Positions 8,712 through 18,700 of a stretch of 64,000 nt of DNA are shown in pieces; within the stretch, counting starts at the first letter, position 1, and each line of letters opens with the position of its first letter. Under the pieces are notes generated by a model. That model searched no databases, was not told the DNA's origin, and saw nothing but the letters and a program-made list of their open reading frames with translations. Source of the DNA: Promethearchaeota archaeon (GTDB taxonomy: Archaea > Asgardarchaeota > Thorarchaeia > Thorarchaeales > Thorarchaeaceae); the NCBI GenBank assembly GCA_014728035.1, contig WJMJ01000096.1, positions 1 through 64,000 on the forward strand. Reading direction: 5' to 3'. Made by a program: the position numbers and the translations under genes.

Positions 8712-10769
8712 TTAGGCTGCTTTTGAACCAGGTGGAACTCCCTCAATTGTGACCGGAAGCCATTTGCCTTTCTCGTCAGCCTTCTCGACTGCAATAATCA
8801 TTCCTTGACTCTGCACACCAGCTAATTTTTTGGGTTCCAAGTTCACAAGGAAAAGAGCAGTAACTCCAGTCAATTCTTCAGGGGTGTATAATTCTGCAAG
8901 ACCGGTGACAATCTGTCTTGTTTCAGTACCAATGTCAACCTCAAGCTTTAGCAGCTTGTCAGTTTTTGGTACTCGTTCACAAGACAAAATCTTTCCTGCT
9001 CGTATGTCGAGTTTCTTAAAGTCTTCAAAGGATACTGTTGGCATATCAATCGATTCTCCTTTCTCAGCAGCCTCAGCAGATCTAATCCGAGTTTCAATCG
9101 ACTCGTTCAATTCTGCTAAGACCTCGTCTTCTAATTTATGGATAACTGGCTTTGGTTTAGGTATCTCGGTTCCGGCTATTGGAGGTTCAATTGCATCAGA
9201 TAATGGGATGGAATGGATATCTGTATCTGAACCCAGTTGCTTCCAAATTACTTCTGCAACCCCAGGCATTATTGGATCGATGAGTATTGTGAGAGCTTTT
9301 ACTAGATACACTGCATTGAATAGAACATGAGCACACTTCTCTTTATCCGAACGGACCAATTCCCACGGTTTGTTTTCTTGGAAATACTCGTTTCCTAGTG
9401 TTGCAAGAGAGAGTATTGTGTCGGTAACCTTTTTCAATTCGTATTCATTAACTCCATCAATAACAGAGTCAATTGCTTGCTTGATTTTTTTCCGAATTTC
9501 AGCATCTGGTTCGCCTTCAGGAATTTGTCCAAAGTTCTTTTTCGAGAAATGTAAAGCACGATAGATAAAATTCCCAAATGTGCCAACCAATTCATTGTTG
9601 ACCTTATCCCGAAATGCATCCCAGCTGAAATCAAGATCCTTGGTTTGACTAGTATAGGACACCATATAGTACCGCAAATAGTCAGGATGGAGACCTTGGT
9701 CAAGATAGTCATCAAGAATCCAGACAACGTATCCACGACTACGGCTGAAATTGTGCCCCTCGATCTTTACCATTCCGGAAGCGACAATTGCGTATGGGAG
9801 ATTGTAGTTGCTGCCTTTTAGCATAGCTGGCCAAAAGATACAGTGATGATAGACAATGTCCTGCCCAATGTAATGTACTAACCTTCCATCACCAGGTTTC
9901 CAGAATTTTTCCCAAGCTGTAGGGTCAGATTTTTTCTTCGCCCATTGCTCTGTACTTGACATGTAATGAATAGGAGCATCAACCCAAACATAGAGGGTCA
10001 GATCTTCATCACCAGGATATTTCACACCCCAGTCAAGATCACGTGTTATGCACCAATCCTTAAGACCTTCTTTTACCCAGCCAAGTGCGTAATTTCGAGC
10101 ATTTTTTGTTCCATCTACTTCTGTCAGATACGTCTTGAGAAAGTCCTCGAATGCACTCAATTTGAAATAATAGTGCTTCCGAGTAACGGACCGAGTAGGA
10201 GACCCACAGATAGCACACCTAGGATTAAGTAATTCTCCAGGCTCTAGATATCTTCCACACCCTTGATCACATTCATCACCACGAGCATCTGCATGACAAT
10301 ATGGACACTCACCTCGAACATAACGGTCTGGTAATGATCTACCACAACTATCACAGAATGGTGAATCAAGATCTTTGGGATAGATGTATCCTTCATCTTG
10401 GAGAACGCAAACAATTTGTTTCGTTCGTTCGTGATTCTCCACATCATCAGTAGTTCCATAGTTGTCAAACTGAATATTGAGTTTTGGAAATATATCAACA
10501 TAATGTTGGTGATATTTCTCGTAGAGTTCTTTTGGGCTGACATCTGCCTTTTCTGCTGCAGTAACAATGGGAGTACCATGTGTATCAGAACCACAGACAA
10601 AGGTGACGTCCACTCGCATTTTTCTTAGGAGTCTGACAAATACATCTGCGGGGACATAAGTCCGCAGATGGCCAATGTGCATGGGGCCACTAGCATAAGG
10701 TAGTCCACATGTTACTAGAACGGGTGCGTCGGTTGGATAATTTCGTTTCTTTCCGCTAAACTTGGTCAC
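8712..10769 (-). CDS. metG: methionyl-tRNA synthetase with C-terminal tRNA-binding domain
   Basis: LPYASGPMHIGH, GSDTHG, Zn knuckles, WCITRD, LYVWVDAP, NFSRS (KMSKS equivalent) and a C-terminal Trbp111-like OB domain. Confidence 0.97.
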   Translation of the reverse strand: MTKFSGKKRNYPTDAPVLVTCGLPYASGPMHIGHLRTYVPADVFVRLLRKMRVDVTFVCGSDTHGTPIVTAAEKADVSPKELYEKYHQHYVDIFPKLNIQFDNYGTTDDVENHERTKQIVCVLQDEGYIYPKDLDSPFCDSCGRSLPDRYVRGECPYCHADARGDECDQGCGRYLEPGELLNPRCAICGSPTRSVTRKHYYFKLSAFEDFLKTYLTEVDGTKNARNYALGWVKEGLKDWCITRDLDWGVKYPGDEDLTLYVWVDAPIHYMSSTEQWAKKKSDPTAWEKFWKPGDGRLVHYIGQDIVYHHCIFWPAMLKGSNYNLPYAIVASGMVKIEGHNFSRSRGYVVWILDDYLDQGLHPDYLRYYMVSYTSQTKDLDFSWDAFRDKVNNELVGTFGNFIYRALHFSKKNFGQIPEGEPDAEIRKKIKQAIDSVIDGVNEYELKKVTDTILSLATLGNEYFQENKPWELVRSDKEKCAHVLFNAVYLVKALTILIDPIMPGVAEVIWKQLGSDTDIHSIPLSDAIEPPIAGTEIPKPKPVIHKLEDEVLAELNESIETRIRSAEAAEKGESIDMPTVSFEDFKKLDIRAGKILSCERVPKTDKLLKLEVDIGTETRQIVTGLAELYTPEELTGVTALFLVNLEPKKLAGVQSQGMIIAVEKADEKGKWLPVTIEGVPPGSKAA

Positions 10770-11100
10770 ACTCCTTGGAGATATCTATACGGGATTAGAA
10801 AGAGAAACCACTCATTTGGTCTGTCAGGGTCTTCAAATTCAGCAATAGACAAAATATTGCTTGAGTTCTCTCTGTTAATTTCTTTATATGAAGTGGTTGT
10901 ATGTTCTATGAGTTCTTATTCCCGCCTTAGAATAGTATGCGTTTCGAGTGATTATACAGATATAACTCTAACGATAGATGGGATAGTTGAAAAAACAAAG
11001 GAATTACGTCTTGATGTGAAATAAGCTTCTTGGAATTGAGTGAAATATCGTACAAGTAACAGATATAGGTCACCATTTCAATCATATATTTTGTTCCGGG

Positions 11101-12417
11101 TTGATGAGGATGGCAATAGACAAAAAAATATCACTACTTGGAATCATTGGTATCGGTCTTGGTACCGTGATTGGTTCCGGTATATGGAAAGATTCACTAC
11201 TCTGGTCTAATTCAGCTAGTATCTTCAGCATACCAGCAGTATTTCTAGCATGGTTGCTGATGTTCTGTGCGGGTTTAGCTTATGCTGAAAGTGTAAGCAT
11301 GTTTCCCCAGGGTGGTGGTCCTTACAGTTATGTCGGAGGAGCTTTTGGAAAAGAGGCTGGTTCCTTTGTGGGAATCATGTACTTGTTTGGATACTACATA
11401 ATTGGCTCAGTACTAAGTTTTCTGACCGCCCTGTTTGGTCTGGCAGCAATAGACTTGAATCTCTTAAACAACAGTCTACTGTTGACATTAGCCACAGTAA
11501 TCGTATTTGTTATCATGTCCATTCTTCCGAATATTTCAAATTACAAAAACTTTGGAAGAGTTGCATTTGGTTGGTCGATAGCTAAAATTGTCCTTGTTGT
11601 TGGGGTCTTTATGTTTTTGATTATTACTTGGTCACCAACAGCAATAAGTATTCCAGACCTTGCAGGATTCCAGAATGCAATCAACTCTAGTATCTGGGCG
11701 TTGCTAGGTTTTGAGGTTATGTTGGTTTTTGCTGCTGAAACTGAAGAGGCTGAAAAAACTCTACCACGAGCTATAACAATAGCACTACCAATATTTCTGA
11801 TATTGTATGTTTTCGTTTCAGCTCTAGCATCAGGTATAATTCCTGCAGGTTCATTACCCGAGGATATTGGATCAGTTGGGTTATTGATAATGCTGGCTGC
11901 GAGTACTGGAATTCCGGCTTCTCTAGTCTTCGCATTTGGTGCAATATCAGCAGGTGGTACTGCGTATATCATGCTAGCAATGTGTACTAAACAGACAAGA
12001 ATTCTTGCGAATGATGAAGTGTTACCTAAGAAGCTTGCTGGAAAAGAAGTGGGTTTTGACCTTTCAGTCGTTATGACGGTGATAATTGGTGGAACAATTG
12101 CAGGAGTCATGATAGGTACAAACTCCATTTGGAGCGACTCAATCGATGTCTTTGCAACAGCTGGAACAGCTTTGATATTGATTTCAGCAATGCTTCCAGC
12201 AGGACTAACAGCTTTAGTTCTAAGAAGAAGACTTCCAGCATTAGATAGACCCTTCAGAACTCCTCTCTATCAAGTAGTATTTAGTTTAGCAATATTACTG
12301 AGTATATACTTGGTTGCACTGAACTTCTCAAATCCAGATTGGTTCTTACCATCAATTATTATCTTTGCTGGAGTTATATTAGTCAGTGCACTTCTGGCAT
12401 ATGTTAGGAAGTCATAA
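11101..12417 (+). CDS. APC-family amino acid permease
   Basis: GTVIGSGIW (TM1), YAESVSMFPQGGGPYSY, LLGFE (TM6), LRRRLPALDRPFRTP; 12 TM. Confidence 0.9.
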   Translation: MMRMAIDKKISLLGIIGIGLGTVIGSGIWKDSLLWSNSASIFSIPAVFLAWLLMFCAGLAYAESVSMFPQGGGPYSYVGGAFGKEAGSFVGIMYLFGYYIIGSVLSFLTALFGLAAIDLNLLNNSLLLTLATVIVFVIMSILPNISNYKNFGRVAFGWSIAKIVLVVGVFMFLIITWSPTAISIPDLAGFQNAINSSIWALLGFEVMLVFAAETEEAEKTLPRAITIALPIFLILYVFVSALASGIIPAGSLPEDIGSVGLLIMLAASTGIPASLVFAFGAISAGGTAYIMLAMCTKQTRILANDEVLPKKLAGKEVGFDLSVVMTVIIGGTIAGVMIGTNSIWSDSIDVFATAGTALILISAMLPAGLTALVLRRRLPALDRPFRTPLYQVVFSLAILLSIYLVALNFSNPDWFLPSIIIFAGVILVSALLAYVRKS

Positions 12418-12514
12418 AGTCAGACACTAGGTTAGAATAGTTCAAAGTAAAAAGGTGACAAGTAGGTTTTTACGTATCCTACTTGTCATTTATTTTCAAC
12501 AAGAGGTAACAGAT

Positions 12515-13177
12515 ATGCCCAAGATAACGATAAAATGTGTTTGTGGCGAAATTTTTCAACCAGATATTGACTTAGAGAGGTACAAAGAAGAACTAAGTCG
12601 AACAGGACTCATACCTCTTTTAATATCACACAAAGATCATTTTGTAACAGTCTATCTTGACAAAAATGGAGCAGTACGTGGAGTCGAGAGAATTATTTTG
12701 GTGGATGACGATACTACCACACAAGTAGCATCTGAAGAATTTGATGTCCAGGCAATCCAAAACATTGTTTTGGATTTAGCTAAGGATGTTGATCCATCAG
12801 AAGAATATGAGAAATATGTATCAATATTGCTCTTTAAAATCAAACAACCAGAGGCTCTTTTTGTTGCGGGAGAGATAATTGGACGTAGAATGTGGTCAAA
12901 ATGGAGAGAGGCCATCCTACGTATGGGGGCTAAATATGTACCCAAATTAGACTTGATTATTAAAACCGAACTTAAGCCAATTTTGGACAAAGTGGGGAAA
13001 GCAAGTCTACATGGGAATAATGAGATTGTCATAACCAATTGTACCGCACCACAATTTGTGGTTGGTCTTGCACAAGGGGTATTGAACGCTATATCATCAG
13101 CCGCCAAGTCGGATATTAAGATAAAAATTGAATATTCCATCGAAGCAAACAATGTTATGCTTACTGTTATTACATAA
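12515..13177 (+). CDS. CxC...HxDH putative Zn domain fused to a V4R/Bet3(TRAPP)-like domain
   Basis: ATG at 12515 after GAGGT SD. N-terminal CVC...HKDHFVTVYLDKNGAVRG. C-terminal ALFVAGEIIGRRM...ITNC..FVVGLAQGVLNA resembles the V4R/Bet3 fold. Confidence 0.65.
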   Translation: MPKITIKCVCGEIFQPDIDLERYKEELSRTGLIPLLISHKDHFVTVYLDKNGAVRGVERIILVDDDTTTQVASEEFDVQAIQNIVLDLAKDVDPSEEYEKYVSILLFKIKQPEALFVAGEIIGRRMWSKWREAILRMGAKYVPKLDLIIKTELKPILDKVGKASLHGNNEIVITNCTAPQFVVGLAQGVLNAISSAAKSDIKIKIEYSIEANNVMLTVIT

Positions 13178-13472
13178 TGAATTGTTACTGTTCTAGAAAG
13201 AAATCAAAATATACATTGATCTAGCTTTCCCATTCCTCGCCTCTATTCTGGAATTCTCTGAATCTTGGATGGCGACTAAAAATTACTGGAAGGACAAAGC
13301 GAGAAAGTAGCCAGAATGGTATGAAGATGCTAAATCGCAAAAGGATACTCAGAAGATAAATCCAGTCCATTATAATCAGTAATACTGATAGCTCGAAAAT
13401 ACATAAACCTTCTTTTCCATAAAATAGGAATTGAATTATAAAGGAGATTGAAATTCAACTGATTCGATACCA

Positions 13473-15218
13473 ATGGCTTTTGCTGAAGGAGTTACAACCG
13501 AACGAACAGAATACCTCATTTATACAGTATTTCCACTAGCTATCTCTTTCTGGTTTATCTCGTCATTGGTGGGAGATCCATTCCAGTTGCTTACCTATGT
13601 AAGTATTTCATCTAGTCTACTGACAATTTTCTTATTCGAACTCCGCTTAGACGAATCATTAGTAAGATGGTTCTACTCGAGAGTAAAAGGAATACAAAAA
13701 ACAAGTTTGAATGAATCATTTGTAAGCTGGAATGTATACTTGAAGACTTGGCAGAATCCAGTCAAGGACGCTCCACAAATGATGTCAGATGGTGGGAAGA
13801 CTATCGATATAGTAATTGAAGAGAGTACAAGAAGTGTTGTTGAAAGTTATGCAATTAGAAAACGGCTCTGGTCAATTAGAGGTTCTCTCTATCTATTCCT
13901 TTCAATTCCATTTCTCATATCAGTTGGTATCCGATACTTGAGAGAAACTAGCTTCAGCTCATTCATTTCGTTCATATCCATTCCAACAATATTTGACCCT
14001 TCAGGGCTGTTTGTTTCTACTCTGATTGTCAGCTCTGTGTTCTGGAGTATACAAATCATATTCAATATGCATCGATATAGAACTTTTAGAGAAGAACTGA
14101 AGAATCTTGTAATCTTCAGATATGTGCAAAAACTATTGGCTAATGATGCTATAGAAAACCCAGAGTGTTATGTTAACAATATGGACCTTGAACGAATCAA
14201 TCTGCAACAAGAATTGGCATATCTTGATAAAGTGATAGCACGAGACGACTGGGCTGTCTTTATTGATAGATGGAAGCCTTTACGTCAAAACGCAGAACGA
14301 CGAGGTAGAGTAAGATTTCGCGAGAATATGATTGACGACCTATTCACCACTTGGCTTTCACATTGTGTAGTTGATGAAGAGGGAAAGAGACCAAATAATC
14401 AAATTATTGAAACAGCTAGAATTCTTGCAACGCAAATTCACTTCATAGGAGAATTTTTGACAAAGACAAACTCACGAAAATTGGGACATCATTCAAAAGC
14501 AATATCACAATTCACCGTTGAACTCTATTACGAGATTACAGATTTTAATCCAGAAGAATATGCTAAAGGACTGAGTATTTCAAAACGCATCAAATCTTTC
14601 GTTATATACGATGATAGAGAATATGAATTTGCACCTATGAAAGTTCGAATGCTTCTCAAATTCATGAATCCAGTATACCTAGCTTCTAGAGCAACATCAA
14701 AGTTGCTAGATGATTCACCAAGAGGAAATGAGACCTTGGTGATGTCATTTGGCAAATTCATCGCATTGAAATTGCTGCAATACTTCATTGGACGAATACC
14801 AGAAAACAAATTGAAAATCATTCAAGAAGAATTTTCCAATAAAACAGCAATTAGATGTAATGATATCACCAATCTCATCGTCCGACTGGTTACACACTGT
14901 CAACAAGAAGGTTCAAAGACAGGAATTTGGAACAATTTAGGACAAGCTGAACAGATAGAAACATTGGAGACTGTCTTAGATTGGTTATCCAGTCACGAGA
15001 GAGAACAAGGAGTAATTATTGAGAGTTTCTTACGAGAAGCAGGAATAAGAGCTAGAAAAAATCTCCTTAGAGATCCAGACTGGCAACTTCTGATTAAAAA
15101 TACCCAGAAGGATTTCATTCGTGATGTTCTTACAAACAAGATACAGTATAGTCCCAAAATTCGCATTGAGATGGAAAAATTACCGTATGCTGAAGAGATC
15201 ATGAGCGATGAAATATAG
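13473..15218 (+). CDS. hypothetical membrane protein (about 4 N-terminal TM, large soluble helical C-terminus)
   Basis: 581-aa open frame; no recognisable motif. Confidence 0.6.
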   Translation: MAFAEGVTTERTEYLIYTVFPLAISFWFISSLVGDPFQLLTYVSISSSLLTIFLFELRLDESLVRWFYSRVKGIQKTSLNESFVSWNVYLKTWQNPVKDAPQMMSDGGKTIDIVIEESTRSVVESYAIRKRLWSIRGSLYLFLSIPFLISVGIRYLRETSFSSFISFISIPTIFDPSGLFVSTLIVSSVFWSIQIIFNMHRYRTFREELKNLVIFRYVQKLLANDAIENPECYVNNMDLERINLQQELAYLDKVIARDDWAVFIDRWKPLRQNAERRGRVRFRENMIDDLFTTWLSHCVVDEEGKRPNNQIIETARILATQIHFIGEFLTKTNSRKLGHHSKAISQFTVELYYEITDFNPEEYAKGLSISKRIKSFVIYDDREYEFAPMKVRMLLKFMNPVYLASRATSKLLDDSPRGNETLVMSFGKFIALKLLQYFIGRIPENKLKIIQEEFSNKTAIRCNDITNLIVRLVTHCQQEGSKTGIWNNLGQAEQIETLETVLDWLSSHEREQGVIIESFLREAGIRARKNLLRDPDWQLLIKNTQKDFIRDVLTNKIQYSPKIRIEMEKLPYAEEIMSDEI

Positions 15219-15251
15219 CATTAAATTCATTTGAGCAATCGATATTGTTCC

Positions 15252-15347
15252 AAAAAGGAGTGGGAGCCCGCGGTGAACTCCCACATTGTCTCAGTGCCGG
15301 GAGGGCAGTCGGAGACAGCGAATGTTTGACCTCATTGTTACATGAGG
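15252..15347 (-). ncRNA. candidate structured RNA or 3' UTR: three consecutive hairpins ending in a terminator-like stem with U-tract
   Basis: Minus strand reads CCUCAU/AUGAGG; UGUCUC..UGCC-CUCCC-GGCA..GAGACA; GUGGGAGUUC-ACCGC-GGGCUCCCAC-UCCUUUUU. GC-rich within an AT-rich intergenic region. Confidence 0.45.
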
Positions 15348-15358
15348 AGCGTAATTAG

Positions 15359-15511
15359 TTAAGATCCAGAGTACAAGTAACGTAAAGCCCTAGCATCATC
15401 ATCTGTGGGGTCTCTATCACTTTCTAGTAGTCCATATAGGACATTCAGAACTTCAGCATTCTTCTGTAAGGTTGAGGTGGGTCGCGGGTATTGCTTTTTT
15501 GTATGGGTCAT
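15359..15511 (-). CDS. small hypothetical protein (50 aa)
   Basis: MTHTKKQYPRPTSTLQKNAEVLNVLYGLLESDRDPTDDDARALRYLYSGS. GGAG SD before the ATG at 15511. Followed by hairpins and a terminator-like element. Confidence 0.55.
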   Translation of the reverse strand: MTHTKKQYPRPTSTLQKNAEVLNVLYGLLESDRDPTDDDARALRYLYSGS

Positions 15512-15743
15512 GATTCGCATCTCCGTCATATTGTTGTATTCGTTTTTCACGGTACAACTAACCTTTATTTCCATTGGAATACTAATAAGGCTACGTCAAA
15601 CTCTCCCGATACTGGGGTAATATCTGAGCAATATCCCCGAATTATGCATAAGATACACTACTAGAACGATAGAAGATGGCATCTAGCAAAGATCTAACCA
15701 TTACCTAAATGACAGTCCAAAAGAAATGACAGGGGGAAGGGGA

Positions 15744-18700
15744 TTATCCAAGATCCAATTCGGAAGATAAATCAAGTGAATTAAGTTCAGAACGGCCGAT
15801 TTGTTCGAGAAGGCCTATCTCATATGCGTCCATAATCAGAAGGTACGTATCAGCAACTCGGACACCACAGCTCGCCATGCTCCTCGCTAACTCGACAAGT
15901 TGGAATGAATCAGACTCTAAGTTATTGACTCCTTCAACAATACACTCGTATTTTTCTGGATATTCTTCTTTATCTTTGAAATGATATTCTCCAAGTAAGA
16001 AGCCATCCATAACATCATCAAAAATGTAATCAAGGGTGGCAATTGTTTTCTCGTCATGAACTTGAGAGGTTTCTACTGAAACAGTATCATCCATTAACTC
16101 GCCAACTCTTCTTGCGTACTCTACCATTCTTTGTTCTTGTTCTTTTGATGCAGGGTTAATAGTAATGAACGCACACATCAACTGTTCAGTAGGTACAGTT
16201 CGCAAGATATCAGATATAGGAATAATTTGGAATAGTGTATCTCGCTCGTTACCTTCAAATTCAGACTGGAAATGAGTTATCGCAGTAATGAAAGCACCAA
16301 TCATACCTTCCTCAAAACCACCTTTGATTGCACGTGAATAAATCGGAAGACCAGATATCTTATGTAAGACAACTAATCCGATGATGTTGTTCGCATCATC
16401 AAATCTGTTTTTAATAGTCATCGCACGTACGAACCGTTCGTGGTCTTTTTGTTTCTTGTATCGATATGCCATGAAGGTGACAGCAATAATACCAATAGCT
16501 GCAGCTGCTCCAGTACCTACAATGGTAGCGGTACGCATTATTTCCCCAGCAATATCTGGTAATGCAGTGATAGATGATGAAAAAGCCCCAGTTAATTCAG
16601 CATTTTCTTGATCAACTGTTATGGACATTTCATAGCCAGATTCACCAGGCCAGGGTGGCGTAATAGTAGTAGAATATGTACCAGGTTCAGACTCTTCAAG
16701 AACTCCAGTTATCGGGCTTATCCCTTCAGCTGTGAGGCGATATTCGACATAGGCACCTGTTGAGGGAGAACCAGTGTCGCTCTCAATGAGTTGAAGTTCA
16801 ATTGTCAGAGGTTGTCCTTGTTGCCAAACAATTGAGTCCATTACAATCTCTAACGGTATTTCATCAACTTCAAAATTGAATGTGCCTTGTTGAGTCTCAT
16901 AACCCAGTTTGCTGAAAACGAATTGAACACGATATGAACCAATTTCATCAGCTCTGATAGTGATGTTGTACAGGCCATCTCCAATATAGTCCCATTCGAC
17001 CCAATCTGAGCCAGTTCCGGAAATAGAGATAGTTGCGTCATCTATACCATTAGTAGAGTTCTCTCTAAGATAGGAGAATTGGAATGTGTTATCTCGGTTA
17101 ATGGTCAAAGCGGAGCTTGGACTGAATATCTGAAGTTCAGAACTGATAGGACGTATTTCTATTGCCAATTCCAATGTGGCGGACTGATAATTCTCCTTGG
17201 AAATAGTTACAATTACTGACCATAATCCGGGTTCTTCTGAGCTAAAACTAAGAATATATTCTTCATCAATCTTTGTTATATTCCATTCAAGACCTTCCAA
17301 GTTCAAACCGGAAAGTTGTATGTTTCCGGATGTGATGTTTTGATTGTAATCTGTTCGTTCATAGAAGACTGAGAAATTATAGACAGACCCGAATACAGTA
17401 ATGATGTTAGAAGTGCCTACAGGATTGTATAGCCTAGTTGGAACTTTGACAACTGTAATCGTCAAGGATGTACTTGCATCGACATGATTTGGAACTGTGG
17501 CAACAAAAACTAATTGAAACGATCCAGTTGTATTTATTGCCATAGTGATTGAATAGTTGCCATCTCCAATTTCCAAGAAATTGAATACAGGAACACTTTC
17601 GGGGAGATTAATGCAGGTGATAGTCGCTTCTTCAACTCCCAAATCGGTTGAATTTTCTAATCTGAAATTAATCTCCATATTCTCATTGATTATTTGGATA
17701 GAACTTTCGAGATCCAAACTCAAAACCATGGACTCATTCGTAAAAGTAAGTGAGAATGTTTCCAACTGAGTAATATGATTAGTCAGATTTGCTTGAATTA
17801 CAATAGAATAGGTTCCTGAAGATGTTGAAGAGATACTGAACGAATAAATTCCATTTCCATGAGCTACTGAATCTCCATAATCAACTCCATCCATGGGAGT
17901 AATAGATGCTATCTCAACTGTTGCATTATCAAGACCATAGTCTGTTGAATTCACATATTCAATAAATACTTCGTATGTTTGCCCATATGAAACTGCAGCT
18001 GCAGAGCCATTCAAGATTGATAATTTGGTTTCAATACTACTAACAAACAGGAACAAAGTGTCCTCGGCAAACTCGTAGAAGCTCTTTGTTGCATGGAACC
18101 TGATAGAATAACTTCCTGCTAATTGGCTTGTAATGTTAACTTGGTAGTTTCCATTTCCAAGAGGAACCACCTGGCCTAAAACAACGCCGCCAGAGCTCCC
18201 GGAATAGGAGATATCAAGTGTAGCTCCATCAATTGGATTACCAAATCTGTCCTCATAATGGAAAATAGCGGTATGATTTGAATACAGTCCTATTTGAGCT
18301 GTGTCTTCACTCAAAAGTAGGAGGTTATTCGTATACACTGTGCGTATTATGAAGGAACAAGATGCGTTATCATAGTAATCAACAGATGCATTTACAATCA
18401 CGGTATTGTTGCCAGGAGAGATTAATGACGTATTGAAATCTGCTTCCCACGACTTTCTAACATCGTTAGGTGAAAAAACAATCTCACTTCCAGACCAATT
18501 AGCCACAATAGATGCTGAAGTCATGATATGTTCGCCATTTTCAGCGTCAATGAAACGGACAAAGTTTGTGATTACTTCACCAACCTCAGTTTCAATGTAT
18601 TCATTGACTGCTATCAGGAGTGATTGGTGGTGTAATTCAAATGAGATTTCATCATAAGCTATCTCACTTCCATTCTCCCAGAATACTTGAACTGACCATT

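Noticed and set aside
10908-11024. 38-aa ORF MSSYSRLRIVCVSSDYTDITLTIDGIVEKTKELRLDVK between metG and the permease
   Set aside because: Short, with no motif or homology evidence; could be chance.
13178-13472. Intergenic stretch with coding-like purine bias
   Set aside because: Frames are interrupted by stops and give no recognisable product.
15252-15347. Tested by eye as tRNA, SECIS, hammerhead, HDV-like ribozyme, or TPP/fluoride riboswitch
   Set aside because: The required conserved cores are absent; kept only as an unassigned structured element.
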